A stretch of 64,000 nucleotides of DNA from Chloroflexi bacterium 54-19. GTDB taxonomy: Bacteria; Chloroflexota; Chloroflexia; Chloroheliales; Chloroheliaceae. The notes beneath the pieces are model-generated. The model was not told the DNA's origin. It saw only the letters and a program-made list of their open reading frames with translations, and made no database searches. Shown here one piece after another: positions 35,275 to 43,905 of this stretch. The position numbers and the translations under genes were made by a program. Numbering within the stretch: position 1 is the stretch's first letter; each line of letters begins with the position of its first letter. The stretch lies in NCBI GenBank assembly GCA_001898225.1, contig MKTJ01000034.1, positions 13,871-77,870 of the forward strand. The letters run 5' to 3'.

Positions 35275-36216
35275 CTAGCTGAGCGTGATAGTGATTGCCT
35301 GGGGTGGCGCGTCGGTGGTAGCGGGCCGCGATACAATCGAGACATTCGCCCCTGCTTTCAGGTCGTCCGCAGTGCCTGCCGCCTGTTTTTCTAACACGGT
35401 GCTGTCGCTGAGGGTAGCGGTAATGGCCTGGCCGGTCGCGTCAGTGCCGGTGAGTTTGTTACCCTGCAAAGTGGCCTGCCGGATGATTACCCCACCATTG
35501 GCCCCACCAAAACCACCTGCTCCACCAAAGCCGCCCGCGTTGCCCCGGTTCGTACCGGTGCCGCCCGCTGCGGGAGTGCCATTAGCCCCCCTACCGCTCG
35601 CGCCAGGAGTGCCATTAGCCCCGGCCCGGCCACCAAAACCGCCGGTCCCGGCATTCCCACCACCAAAGGCGGTCACATCCACCACCATCAGGTTGGTGGC
35701 GGTATAGGTGCCGTCACTACCTTTGGTGCCGGTCAGGAGAACAATCGCGTTATTCCCCAGGGCGCTGCTGAAGTCGGCGGAAGCCAGCTTTTCGGTCTTG
35801 GTCACGCGGGCATTGCTGGCGTCGAACTGCTGGTCCTTGCCCGAAGCGTCCTTTACGGTCAAAATTTTGTTGCTGGTGTCGTAAGACGAAATGGTGCCGG
35901 TTACCGGGGCGGTGCGTTGAAACCCGCCCTGCCCACCTGTACCAGTCCCGGAAGCGCCGGTATTACCCTGGGCCTGTCCGCCCACGCCAGGCGTAGTGCT
36001 GGCACCAGTGCCGTTGTTTGTCGAAGGCGTAAAGGTTGGTATAGGGGTGGGTCGGGCCGCCCCCTGGCCCTGGTTGGCCTGGGCGGCTGCCGGAGCAGAC
36101 GTGGCCGCGCTGGTATTGTAAGGATTCGTAGCGGTAGCAACCGCCCAGCCGATAGCGACGGCAGCCCCGATTATAACCAGGGCAATAATTGTTTTAATAA
36201 GACCTTTGAAAGTCAT
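35275..36216 (-). CDS. Secreted or membrane-anchored Gly/Thr/Ala-rich protein with two small beta-rich domains
   Basis: An N-terminal TM/signal anchor is present (IIALVIIGAAVAIGWAV). Long low-complexity runs occur (GGFGGRAGANGTPGASGRGANGTPAAGG...GGFGGAGGFGGANGG). Two ordered segments read VTGTISSYD..NKILTVKD and ATLQGNKLTG.D..G..ITATLSD. Confidence 0.6.
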   Translation of the reverse strand: MTFKGLIKTIIALVIIGAAVAIGWAVATATNPYNTSAATSAPAAAQANQGQGAARPTPIPTFTPSTNNGTGASTTPGVGGQAQGNTGASGTGTGGQGGFQRTAPVTGTISSYDTSNKILTVKDASGKDQQFDASNARVTKTEKLASADFSSALGNNAIVLLTGTKGSDGTYTATNLMVVDVTAFGGGNAGTGGFGGRAGANGTPGASGRGANGTPAAGGTGTNRGNAGGFGGAGGFGGANGGVIIRQATLQGNKLTGTDATGQAITATLSDSTVLEKQAAGTADDLKAGANVSIVSRPATTDAPPQAITITLS

Positions 36217-36430
36217 CGAGCGCGGCTCCCTGTTCCTGATAAATAATCACTCGTAGCACGTAAAAATGGGACGCAAGTTCAAACAAAAACGCAGAACGCC
36301 GCCTGAGAAAAAACTAACCTTCTACAGTTTTCCGGTGTTAATCGTTGCTACATTGGTCGCCCTACGTTCAACGAATTTTAACACTAACTTTTTATAAAGT
36401 TGGCAAAAAATCGCAAAGGTTTCTTTACGT

Positions 36431-37477
36431 TTAAACTCCGATATAACGGGCGTAAAGCGTTTTCGCTACGTTCGGGTCGTCGGTACCCTTGATGATAGCG
36501 CGGGCGTCGGGGAACAGGGTCCATTCGTAGCCATCCAGCCTGTAGCGGAGCAAAAATTCGTTTTCGAGCATATCCTCGGCCCCGGCAGCCACGAGTCGCC
36601 CGGCAAATTCCGGCAAGTCCAAACTTGGGGTCGGGCGGATAGTCACCTGGATGGCGTTCCGACCACACAGCGAGGCGACCCGGCTGCCCCGTTCGCCCGC
36701 CGCTTCCAGGAATTCAAAGTCACGCTGCCCGCAGCAAGGGCAGTCTGGCTGGCGGTCTTCTACCGGAAGGCGGTCGAACGTCAACTGCCACAGGTCAATA
36801 GAGGTCAGCCCCCGGTTAAGCTTTCCCTGGCCGGTCAAATACTTGATGGCTTCCCCGGCGGCAAAGGCCCCCATCATCCCGACAATCGGCCCGACAATTC
36901 CGGCGGTATCGCAGGTCGGGGTCGTGCCGGGCGGTGGTGGGTCGGGGAACAGGCAGCGAAAGCAGGGAGTATCGCCGGGTAGAATCGTGCTGGTGATGCC
37001 GTAGGCCGCGATAACCCCGCTGTAAATCCAGGGCTTGCCCAGTTTCACGCAGGCGTCGTTGAGCAGATAGCGCGTTTCGAAATTGTCGGTGCCGTCCAGT
37101 ACGATGTCGGCAGCCCCGACAAGGCGCTCGATATTTTCGTAGTTCAGGTCTTCGACAAGACCCTCGACCTCGATTTCCGAGTTAATCAGGCGCAGTTTGT
37201 TGGCGGCGGCTACCGCTTTGGGCAAATTTTGATGGAAATCTTCTTCGTCGTAGAGGGTCTGGCGTTGCAGGTTGTTCAACTCGATAAAGTCGCGGTCTAT
37301 AATTGTTACGTGCCCAACCCCGGCCCGACCCAACAGGTTCGCGATAGCCGTACCAAGCGCACCACAACCCACAATTAGCGCCCGCGCTGCCAGCAGTTTA
37401 CGCTGTCCTTCCGTGCCGACCCCCCTGAAAATAGTTTGCCGGATATAACGTTCCAGCCCGGTTTTATTTTCTGCCAT
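36431..37477 (-). CDS. thiF: ThiF/MoeB-family adenylyltransferase, B. subtilis ThiF-type with a C-terminal extension
   Basis: The sequence is colinear with B. subtilis ThiF as I remember it: RY.RQ..F..(I)G..GQ.KL, GCGALGTA, NLQRQ.LY.E.D....PKA.AA, CDTAGI, CP.CG, (L)CGRN..Q(V/I)..., and ending ...GT.D...A...Y.RY.G. ATG at 37477 is preferred over TTG at 37495. Confidence 0.75.
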   Translation of the reverse strand: MAENKTGLERYIRQTIFRGVGTEGQRKLLAARALIVGCGALGTAIANLLGRAGVGHVTIIDRDFIELNNLQRQTLYDEEDFHQNLPKAVAAANKLRLINSEIEVEGLVEDLNYENIERLVGAADIVLDGTDNFETRYLLNDACVKLGKPWIYSGVIAAYGITSTILPGDTPCFRCLFPDPPPPGTTPTCDTAGIVGPIVGMMGAFAAGEAIKYLTGQGKLNRGLTSIDLWQLTFDRLPVEDRQPDCPCCGQRDFEFLEAAGERGSRVASLCGRNAIQVTIRPTPSLDLPEFAGRLVAAGAEDMLENEFLLRYRLDGYEWTLFPDARAIIKGTDDPNVAKTLYARYIGV

Positions 37478-37630
37478 AAAATTTCTCTTTTCCAACCCGC
37501 CGCCGTTTTTATATATGCAGGGAAAATTGGCTGCCGGGCGCTTTTTAATGTGTTACTATGTATAGATAGTGTAGTACTGCTAATTATAGTCCTTTTGAAA
37601 AATTCGTGCGGAGAGGGGCCGGGAGTAAGT

Positions 37631-38437
37631 ATGCATCATGTCGAGATAAACGGTTTTCGGATGGCCTACCGCGACGAAGGGAGCGGTCCGGTTGTGTTGC
37701 TGGCCCACGCTTTTCCCCTGGCGGCGTTGATGTGGAACCCGCAAATAGAAGTGTTGCGCTACAACTACCGGGTGCTGGCACCCGATTTGCGCGGTTTCGG
37801 CCAGAGCAAAGGCGCACCCCTGGACCGTTACGCCACCGTCGAGGAATACGCCGACGACCTGGCGGCTTTCCTCCAAAAGCTCGGCCTGGACCGGGAAAAG
37901 GTGGTCTTTATCGGGCTCTCGATGGGCGGTTATATCGCCTTTGCCTTTTACCGCAAGTACGCCCAACTGGTGCGGGCGCTGGTGTTGTGCGATACCCGCA
38001 GCGAACCGGATACCGAACAGGCCCGCCAGAACCGTTTTAAGTTGATAGAAGATTTGCGAGAACGGGGCATGGAAGCGGCGGTCGAAGCCAACCTGCCCAA
38101 ACTTCTTTCGGCGGAAAATTATGTCCAGCGCGAGGACCTGGTGGCCGACCTCTCCCGGACCATCTACCTGAACGACCCGGCAGGTACCATTGCCGCCACC
38201 GGGGCGCTGGCCCACCGGCCCGATTCGACGCCTCTCCTGGCCGAAATCGCGGTCCCGACCCTGGTCATTCACGGCAAGGACGATCAACTTATTCCGGTCG
38301 AAAGCGCCCGCCAGATGGCCCAGGCTATTCCCGACTGGCAACTTTCGGTAGTACCGCGCGCCGGGCACCTCTCGAACCTGGAAAACCCGGTCTTTTTCAA
38401 CCAGGCCCTCGAAACCTTTTTAAAAGAACTGAAATAG
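37631..38437 (+). CDS. Alpha/beta-fold hydrolase
   Basis: It has the oxyanion region HAFPL and the nucleophile elbow GLSMGG. Late DD...P and GH.SN(L)E motifs are present. ATG at 37631 has a GGAG RBS; the track ORF start at 37436 overlaps thiF and is implausible. Confidence 0.85.
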   Translation: MHHVEINGFRMAYRDEGSGPVVLLAHAFPLAALMWNPQIEVLRYNYRVLAPDLRGFGQSKGAPLDRYATVEEYADDLAAFLQKLGLDREKVVFIGLSMGGYIAFAFYRKYAQLVRALVLCDTRSEPDTEQARQNRFKLIEDLRERGMEAAVEANLPKLLSAENYVQREDLVADLSRTIYLNDPAGTIAATGALAHRPDSTPLLAEIAVPTLVIHGKDDQLIPVESARQMAQAIPDWQLSVVPRAGHLSNLENPVFFNQALETFLKELK

Positions 38438-38522
38438 CGCCGGTTTAGCAGAATTTTCCTCAACACATAAGATAGATTTAAAAATTTGTAGCCTTATCGG
38501 TAGACTAGAAGAAAAGGATAAA

Positions 38523-39494
38523 GTGAGAGCATTAGTTTTTGATGGCAACTTAAAGGTGGAAGAACAGCGCCCGGCTCCTCGGATTCAGCCAGGCGAAGCC
38601 CTTATCGAGGTGCGGCGGGCCGGGATTTGCAATACCGACCTGGAAATCACGCGGGGTTACCTCGATTTTCACGGCGTCCTCGGCCACGAATTTGTCGGCA
38701 CGGTCCGGGAAGTGGCCTCCCCCGAAGATAAAGATTGGCTGGGCAAACGGGTCGTGGGCGAGATAAATGCCGCCTGCGGCCACTGCCCGACCTGCCGGGC
38801 CAACCGTCCGACCCACTGTCCCAACCGGACCACCCTCGGCATCGGTGGCCTGGACGGCGCTTTTGCCGACTATTTGCGGCTCCCGGTGGTGAACCTGGTA
38901 GAAGTCCCGGCCTCTGTGCCGGACGAACAGGCTGTCTTTACCGAACCGCTGGCCGCTTCCCTCGAAATTTTGGAACAAATTCATATCCGCCCTACCGACC
39001 GCACTCTGGTCGTCGGTGACGGCAAAATGGGTCTTTTAATCAGCCAGGTCTTGCGTCTGACCGGGGCGGAAGTGGGGTTATTGGGCCGCCATCCCGAAAA
39101 AGCGGCCCTGGTCGAGCGGCAAGGTGTCACCTTTCACCAGGGCTTGGAGCTTGCACCCGGCGAGATGGGCTATGACGTGGTGGTGGAGTGTACCGGGAAT
39201 GGCGAAGGGCTGGAGACTGCCCGCAGCCTGGTCCGACCCAGAGGCACTCTCGTCCTGAAAAGCACCTATCACGGTACTCCGTCCGTCCCCCTGAGCATGT
39301 ACGTTGTGGACGAAATCAACGTGGTCGGGTCGCGCTGCGGGCCATTCGCCCCGGCCTTGCGCCTGCTGGAACGCCGCCTGATTGATGTCGAACCGTTAAT
39401 CTCGGCGGAATTTTCCCTCAAAGACGGTCTTTCCGCTTTTGATGCCGCGTTTGGCAAAGGCAATATCAAAGTTTTACTAAAGGTAAACTCCTAG
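38523..39494 (+). CDS. Zinc-dependent alcohol dehydrogenase family (MDR) oxidoreductase
   Basis: It has catalytic zinc motifs GICNTD and GHEF.G. The structural zinc cluster CGHCPTCRANRPTHC and a Rossmann motif VVGDGKMG are also present. Confidence 0.88.
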   Translation: MRALVFDGNLKVEEQRPAPRIQPGEALIEVRRAGICNTDLEITRGYLDFHGVLGHEFVGTVREVASPEDKDWLGKRVVGEINAACGHCPTCRANRPTHCPNRTTLGIGGLDGAFADYLRLPVVNLVEVPASVPDEQAVFTEPLAASLEILEQIHIRPTDRTLVVGDGKMGLLISQVLRLTGAEVGLLGRHPEKAALVERQGVTFHQGLELAPGEMGYDVVVECTGNGEGLETARSLVRPRGTLVLKSTYHGTPSVPLSMYVVDEINVVGSRCGPFAPALRLLERRLIDVEPLISAEFSLKDGLSAFDAAFGKGNIKVLLKVNS

Positions 39495-39505
39495 TTTTTG
39501 GGAAA

Positions 39506-39546
39506 TAAAAAGGGTGAGGTTTTCGGCCCCACCCCTTTTATTTTCG
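39506..39546. terminator. Bidirectional terminator between convergent ADH and NHL-repeat genes
   Basis: The hairpin GGGTGAGG...CCCCACCC (39512-39535, one mismatch) is flanked by AAAAA on the left and TTTTATTTT on the right. Confidence 0.5.
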
Positions 39547-39575
39547 GGCATAACGCGGGCGTGCAACACAGGTGT

Positions 39576-41066
39576 TTAACGCTGGCGGTATTTCTGGACC
39601 GCGCTATTGAGATAGCCGGAACTGGCAATCAAGACATTGCCCTGCGAGTCGGTGGCGATACCCGAAATCCCGGCCAGGCCGAACATCTGCTTGCCTGCCT
39701 CGTAAATAACATGACCGCTGGGGTCGTATTTGGTAAAGGTATTGCCGGTTGGCCCGATGCCGCCCAGGTAGATGTTGCCCTCTTTGTCGGCTCCGAGCGC
39801 GGTCGGGATACCAATGCTCCATTTGATCAGGAATTTGCCGTTATTATCAAATTTCTGGATGGTGCTGGCCCTTTCGTCGCTGGCATCGTTGGTAACATAG
39901 ACGTTGCCCTGCCCGTCCACCGCCAGGTCGGCAGGACCGCCTAAGTGCAGCCTTTTATCGCCTTTGAGGAATTGGCCGTCACCGGTTCCTTCGCTGCCCC
40001 ATTTGAGCAGGAACTTGCCGTTGTTATCGAACTTCGTAATCCGCAGGTTGCCGGGATCGGCCACGAAAAGGTTACCCTGGCCGTCTACCGCAATACTGCG
40101 AATAGCCGCGAATTGCCCGTCACCGTCACCCTTGGTGCCCCACCGGTTTATGACCTGCCCTTTAGAGTCGAACCTGGTTATCATGAAACGGTCGGCCACG
40201 AAAACGTTCCCCTGGCTATCCACGGCAATACCGCGTGGGTCCTGGAACTGGCCGGGATTGTCACCCCAACTGCCCCAATCGGCCAGGTAGCGCAGGGACG
40301 AGTCATATTTGAAGACGTGGCGGATGTCGGCGTTTACTACATAGACGTTGTCCTGGTGGTCGGTCGCCACGCTGACGGTAAAGCGCTGCCCGGTCTGCTG
40401 GGCCTGGAAAGCCAGCGGCCCCCAGAACTGTTTGCCCAATAGACCAAGCTCGACCTCGTACCTGGTCCCGGCGAATTCAGGGTGCTGTTCGAAGCGGTTG
40501 CGCTCGAAATACTGGACGGTGTAAGTCTTGCCGTCTTCCGGGTTTAGTTCCTGGAATTCCTCGCTCAACGGGTAGCCGAACTGGGCCAACCCACCGTGAT
40601 TTTCCCAGTAAGCCTTAAACGTGCCGCCCAGGTTGTGTTTGGTTTCTGGAAAATAGACATTCCCTGACTGGCCGGAAGGTTGCGCTTCCTCAAAGGCGGA
40701 GAGGTCTTGCCGGGTTGCAACCAACTGCTTACCCAGCAGTCCCAGCAAAACTTCGTACCTGGTCCCGGCGTTTTCGGGGTGGAGTTCAAAGCGGGCCCGT
40801 TCGAACCACTGGGTCAGGAAGGATTTACCCGTTTCAGGGTCAACCTCTTGTTGCGGGTCCGAAATCGGGTAGCCGTAAATGTCGAGTCCGCCATTATTGC
40901 GCCAGTATTGCAGAAAAGACCCGCTGACGCTGTGCCCGGTCTCCTGGAAGTATTGGGTTTCCCCGGCGGCGGAAGCCCCGGCAGGAGCCAGCATCCCGGT
41001 GCCCAGCCCCAAGAAGGCCAGCATTACTAACCACAAACTTAAAAACCTCGTTCTGCTACCAATCAT
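39576..41066 (-). CDS. Secreted protein: two N-terminal ~75-aa repeat modules plus an NHL-type six-bladed beta-propeller
   Basis: A signal peptide is present (...PAGASAAG). It carries two copies of the same module found at 9413-9946. Repeated units follow of the form (P.GIAVD..GNV(Y/F)VAD..N.RI.KFD..GKF...WG..G.G.GQF), typical of NHL repeats. Confidence 0.8.
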   Translation of the reverse strand: MIGSRTRFLSLWLVMLAFLGLGTGMLAPAGASAAGETQYFQETGHSVSGSFLQYWRNNGGLDIYGYPISDPQQEVDPETGKSFLTQWFERARFELHPENAGTRYEVLLGLLGKQLVATRQDLSAFEEAQPSGQSGNVYFPETKHNLGGTFKAYWENHGGLAQFGYPLSEEFQELNPEDGKTYTVQYFERNRFEQHPEFAGTRYEVELGLLGKQFWGPLAFQAQQTGQRFTVSVATDHQDNVYVVNADIRHVFKYDSSLRYLADWGSWGDNPGQFQDPRGIAVDSQGNVFVADRFMITRFDSKGQVINRWGTKGDGDGQFAAIRSIAVDGQGNLFVADPGNLRITKFDNNGKFLLKWGSEGTGDGQFLKGDKRLHLGGPADLAVDGQGNVYVTNDASDERASTIQKFDNNGKFLIKWSIGIPTALGADKEGNIYLGGIGPTGNTFTKYDPSGHVIYEAGKQMFGLAGISGIATDSQGNVLIASSGYLNSAVQKYRQR

Positions 41067-41395
41067 TTTACTGTTTCCTCTGCTAAAAGCTTTCTTTGTA
41101 GGAATGTAAGAAGCCCGTCATTCAATTTATATTCCCTTCACAAATAACCGATAAGCCGACTTTTCCCGGCGTTATTTAGAATGCAATTGGGCCGGGAATT
41201 GTTACGGTTGGAATTACTTATCTTTGGGATTTTATTTAGTAGCTTCGAAATTTACCGGCTAAGTAATATTGACTATTCCCGGTATTTTTATCTTATCTCG
41301 CCAGGCAATTAGAACGTTAGTGTTGAAATTACTCGCAGGTTGCGGTACGATTATTTTATTAACCGTTCAAATCAAGTCGAAAGGGGCCGTTATTC

Positions 41396-42115
41396 ATGCT
41401 TAATGTCACGCCGGAAGTTGAGGAACTTTTTGAGCAGGCTCGCCAGGCAGTCCTGGGATTACCGGAAGCCGAGGAAAATACTCACTGGGGAACCTGTACT
41501 TTCTCGCGGGAGCTAAAAGGCAATAATTTCCTTTTCCTTTATCCGAAAAAAGACTGCCTGGAATTGCTTTTCAAGGTGCCGGCCCGGGAAAAAGAAGCGG
41601 CCCTGAGCCTGCCTTTTATTGAGAAGAATAAGGGTATGGAGCAGCGGAGTTGGCTCCTGGCTACAGTCAAAACGCCCGGTGAATTGGCCCAGGTAGTGCC
41701 CATGCTACACCAGAGTTACGCCATGTCGAAGCCTTTCCGGGGTCCTGCCGATGCGCTGCCCGGTGAAAACTCTCGTGTCCTCGAAATGCTCGAAGCGGTG
41801 CGCCAGGCCGCCCATAAGTATGACGATGTCGAGGAATATTTCCCCTATGGTACCAGGGCTTTCCGACCCCGCAAAGGCCAGCTATTTCTCTACGCCAGCG
41901 AAAGTGACGACTGGCTCAATGTAAACGTGCGCCTGCCTTTTGGTGAACGTGAGTATGCCCTTACCCTGCCCAACGTAGAAGTCCCCAAGTATATCGGGCA
42001 TAAAGGCTGGGTGGCCGTCAAAGTTCATGACCAGGACGACCTGGACCTGGTATTGGCCTGGATAGCCATGAGTTTTGACGAGAACCGGCCCAAACGCAAG
42101 AGCAAGAAAAGCTAA
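41396..42115 (+). CDS. Tandem MmcQ/YjbR-like (DUF419-type) domain protein
   Basis: The two halves share one pattern (...E....G...F.....K.FL(F/Y).......L...V.....E.A L.LP............GW(L/V)AV(K/V)......L..V......S(Y/F)), reminiscent of the YjbR fold family. The assignment is by eye only. Confidence 0.45.
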   Translation: MLNVTPEVEELFEQARQAVLGLPEAEENTHWGTCTFSRELKGNNFLFLYPKKDCLELLFKVPAREKEAALSLPFIEKNKGMEQRSWLLATVKTPGELAQVVPMLHQSYAMSKPFRGPADALPGENSRVLEMLEAVRQAAHKYDDVEEYFPYGTRAFRPRKGQLFLYASESDDWLNVNVRLPFGEREYALTLPNVEVPKYIGHKGWVAVKVHDQDDLDLVLAWIAMSFDENRPKRKSKKS

Positions 42116-42379
42116 ACACAAATTCCTGATACAGATAAGACTGTTCTATTCGCCACTGGCACCCGTATAACGCCTGATGCGAGGAAAGAAATTTCTTGAT
42201 TACGCTCGCGCCCTTGCGATGTGAAATAACTAAACACTGAAAACCAAACACTAAACACTTTGCAAGTATGTTTCTTACCAACTTTTAGTGGTAATAAAGT
42301 TTGGTTGTGCTAAAATAGGGCCAAGACCCGTTTATATAAGTATCGGTTTGTTTTTTTGTTGGGTACATATTTTTTGCGA

Positions 42380-42895
42380 ATGGATTTTGTTCTATTACTC
42401 ATAGAACTGAAAAAGCTGGCCTTGCGCGCTTTGCGCCTGGCGGTCGGTTTGGTGTTGCCCCTGGCAATCCTGAACCTGTCGCTCGGTGCGACTATCATGC
42501 TGGCAACTCCGCCCGGTTTTGAGACCAGCCTGGCGACCGGCGACGACCGCGAAATCGCCTTGGTCCACATGCAGATGTTCGGCGGTCTTATCCACCTGCA
42601 CGATGGCTCCGACGCCAACCATCTCCATCACGCTAACCCCATTTTACCGCCCGGTGTGACCGAAGAAGATACCGGTCAGGTCGTCCCGACCGGGATAAAC
42701 CCCGCCTGGAATGTGACGGTTAACGGCGCGGACTCGGCTGCTAACTTCTGGCAAGACCTGACGGTACGCGGTCAGGCCAATCCTATCGCTGTCCCCAACT
42801 TTTATTTACCTCGCCTGGGTCGCGAGATTTCAGGGGCCTGGCCCCATCCGACTGCTCCTTACCTGGCGGTCCCGCTCCAACCCCCTACCCTCTAA
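42380..42895 (+). CDS. Hypothetical membrane-anchored protein with a His-rich segment
   Basis: The N-terminus is hydrophobic and a HLHDGSDANHLHH cluster is present. I see no RBS, and the start (ATG 42380 versus TTG 42356) is uncertain. Confidence 0.35.
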   Translation: MDFVLLLIELKKLALRALRLAVGLVLPLAILNLSLGATIMLATPPGFETSLATGDDREIALVHMQMFGGLIHLHDGSDANHLHHANPILPPGVTEEDTGQVVPTGINPAWNVTVNGADSAANFWQDLTVRGQANPIAVPNFYLPRLGREISGAWPHPTAPYLAVPLQPPTL

Positions 42896-43034
42896 CTTAC
42901 CGAAAATAAGGGCCGCCCGGCCTTATTACAAGGCCAGGGCTCCCCTTGGATTGGCCGTTCCTGTTTGGTCCGGCTTACACCTGTGATTTTTGGAATATTC
43001 AGCTTTAATTGAAGAAGTTAGAGGATAAATTATT

Positions 43035-43766
43035 ATGCGAACGAGCTTTATTAAACGTGCAACCGGCTCTGTCCTGGCGGCCTTGGTGGTTTTCGGTTTG
43101 CTGGTGGCCCTGACCCCCGGCCAGGCTTCGGCCCATGGTCGTAAAGACCTGGTGGGCGGTAAATACCAGATTATCTTCGGGTTCCTGACCGAACCGGCCT
43201 TTTCCGGGCAGCGCAACGGAATTGACCTGACGGTTTGCCTCGGCCCCTGCGAGAACAACGCCGATGGCACCCTCAAAAATCCGGTGACAGGTGCGGATAA
43301 GACAATCAAGGCGGAAGTGACCTACGGCAGTTCAACCGTACCGGTGACATTGGCCCCCCGTTTCCGGGCCGATGGTAAGTACGACGGCTATTTCTTTCCG
43401 TCCAAGGCGGGCGAGTATACTTTCCACTTTACCGGCAATATCAACGGTGACACCATCGACCAGAAGGTAGTTTCCGCCAGGGACGGCTTTAACTCGGTCT
43501 CCGACCCGCTTATGATACCCGCCTCCGGTTCCGATACTGCCGGTGGCCTGGCTGAGGCCCAACAGGCGGCTCAATCGGCTAAAGATTCGGCCAGCACTGC
43601 CACGATTTTCGGTATTGTCGGGATTGTAGTGGGTGTGCTGGGGCTGGCTTTGGCGGGGTTTGCCCTGACCCGCCGCCCGAAAGTCGTCGCGGCTAACGGC
43701 GCTACGGCAGCGGTACCCGCCGAGCCGGTAGCTAGCCGCCGGGGCAGCGGACCGGAAGGGGGTTAA
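43035..43766 (+). CDS. Secreted, C-terminally membrane-anchored protein with a predicted N-terminal His after signal cleavage
   Basis: The signal peptide ends ...GQASA|HG. A beta-rich ~130-aa domain and an Ala/Ser/Gln linker follow. The C-terminal TM anchor is IFGIVGIVVGVLGLALAGFAL followed by TRRPK. This architecture resembles YcnI/CopC-type metal-binding proteins, but I could not confirm sequence similarity. Confidence 0.6.
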   Translation: MRTSFIKRATGSVLAALVVFGLLVALTPGQASAHGRKDLVGGKYQIIFGFLTEPAFSGQRNGIDLTVCLGPCENNADGTLKNPVTGADKTIKAEVTYGSSTVPVTLAPRFRADGKYDGYFFPSKAGEYTFHFTGNINGDTIDQKVVSARDGFNSVSDPLMIPASGSDTAGGLAEAQQAAQSAKDSASTATIFGIVGIVVGVLGLALAGFALTRRPKVVAANGATAAVPAEPVASRRGSGPEGG

Positions 43767-43790
43767 TCCGGCCCTTTAACTGAAAAGACA

Positions 43791-43828
43791 GGGCACTTGC
43801 ACGAGGTGGCAGGTGCCCTGTTCTTTTA
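43791..43828 (+). terminator. Rho-independent terminator after the 43035-43766 gene
   Basis: A 10-bp stem GGGCACTTGC/GCAGGTGCCC (one G-U) is followed by TGTTCTTTT. Confidence 0.6.
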
Positions 43829-43905
43829 CTGTGACCAAACGAGGGCCGGGCAATGGTGCTATAATTCAGGCCCAAACCGGAAACTATTTATTGATTAAAC
43901 AGGCG

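Noticed and set aside
43813-43905. N-terminal extension of the GT-C-like gene from the GTG at 43813.
   Set aside because: That GTG lies inside the right arm of the upstream terminator hairpin (43791-43818). ATG at 43906 precedes the first TM region.
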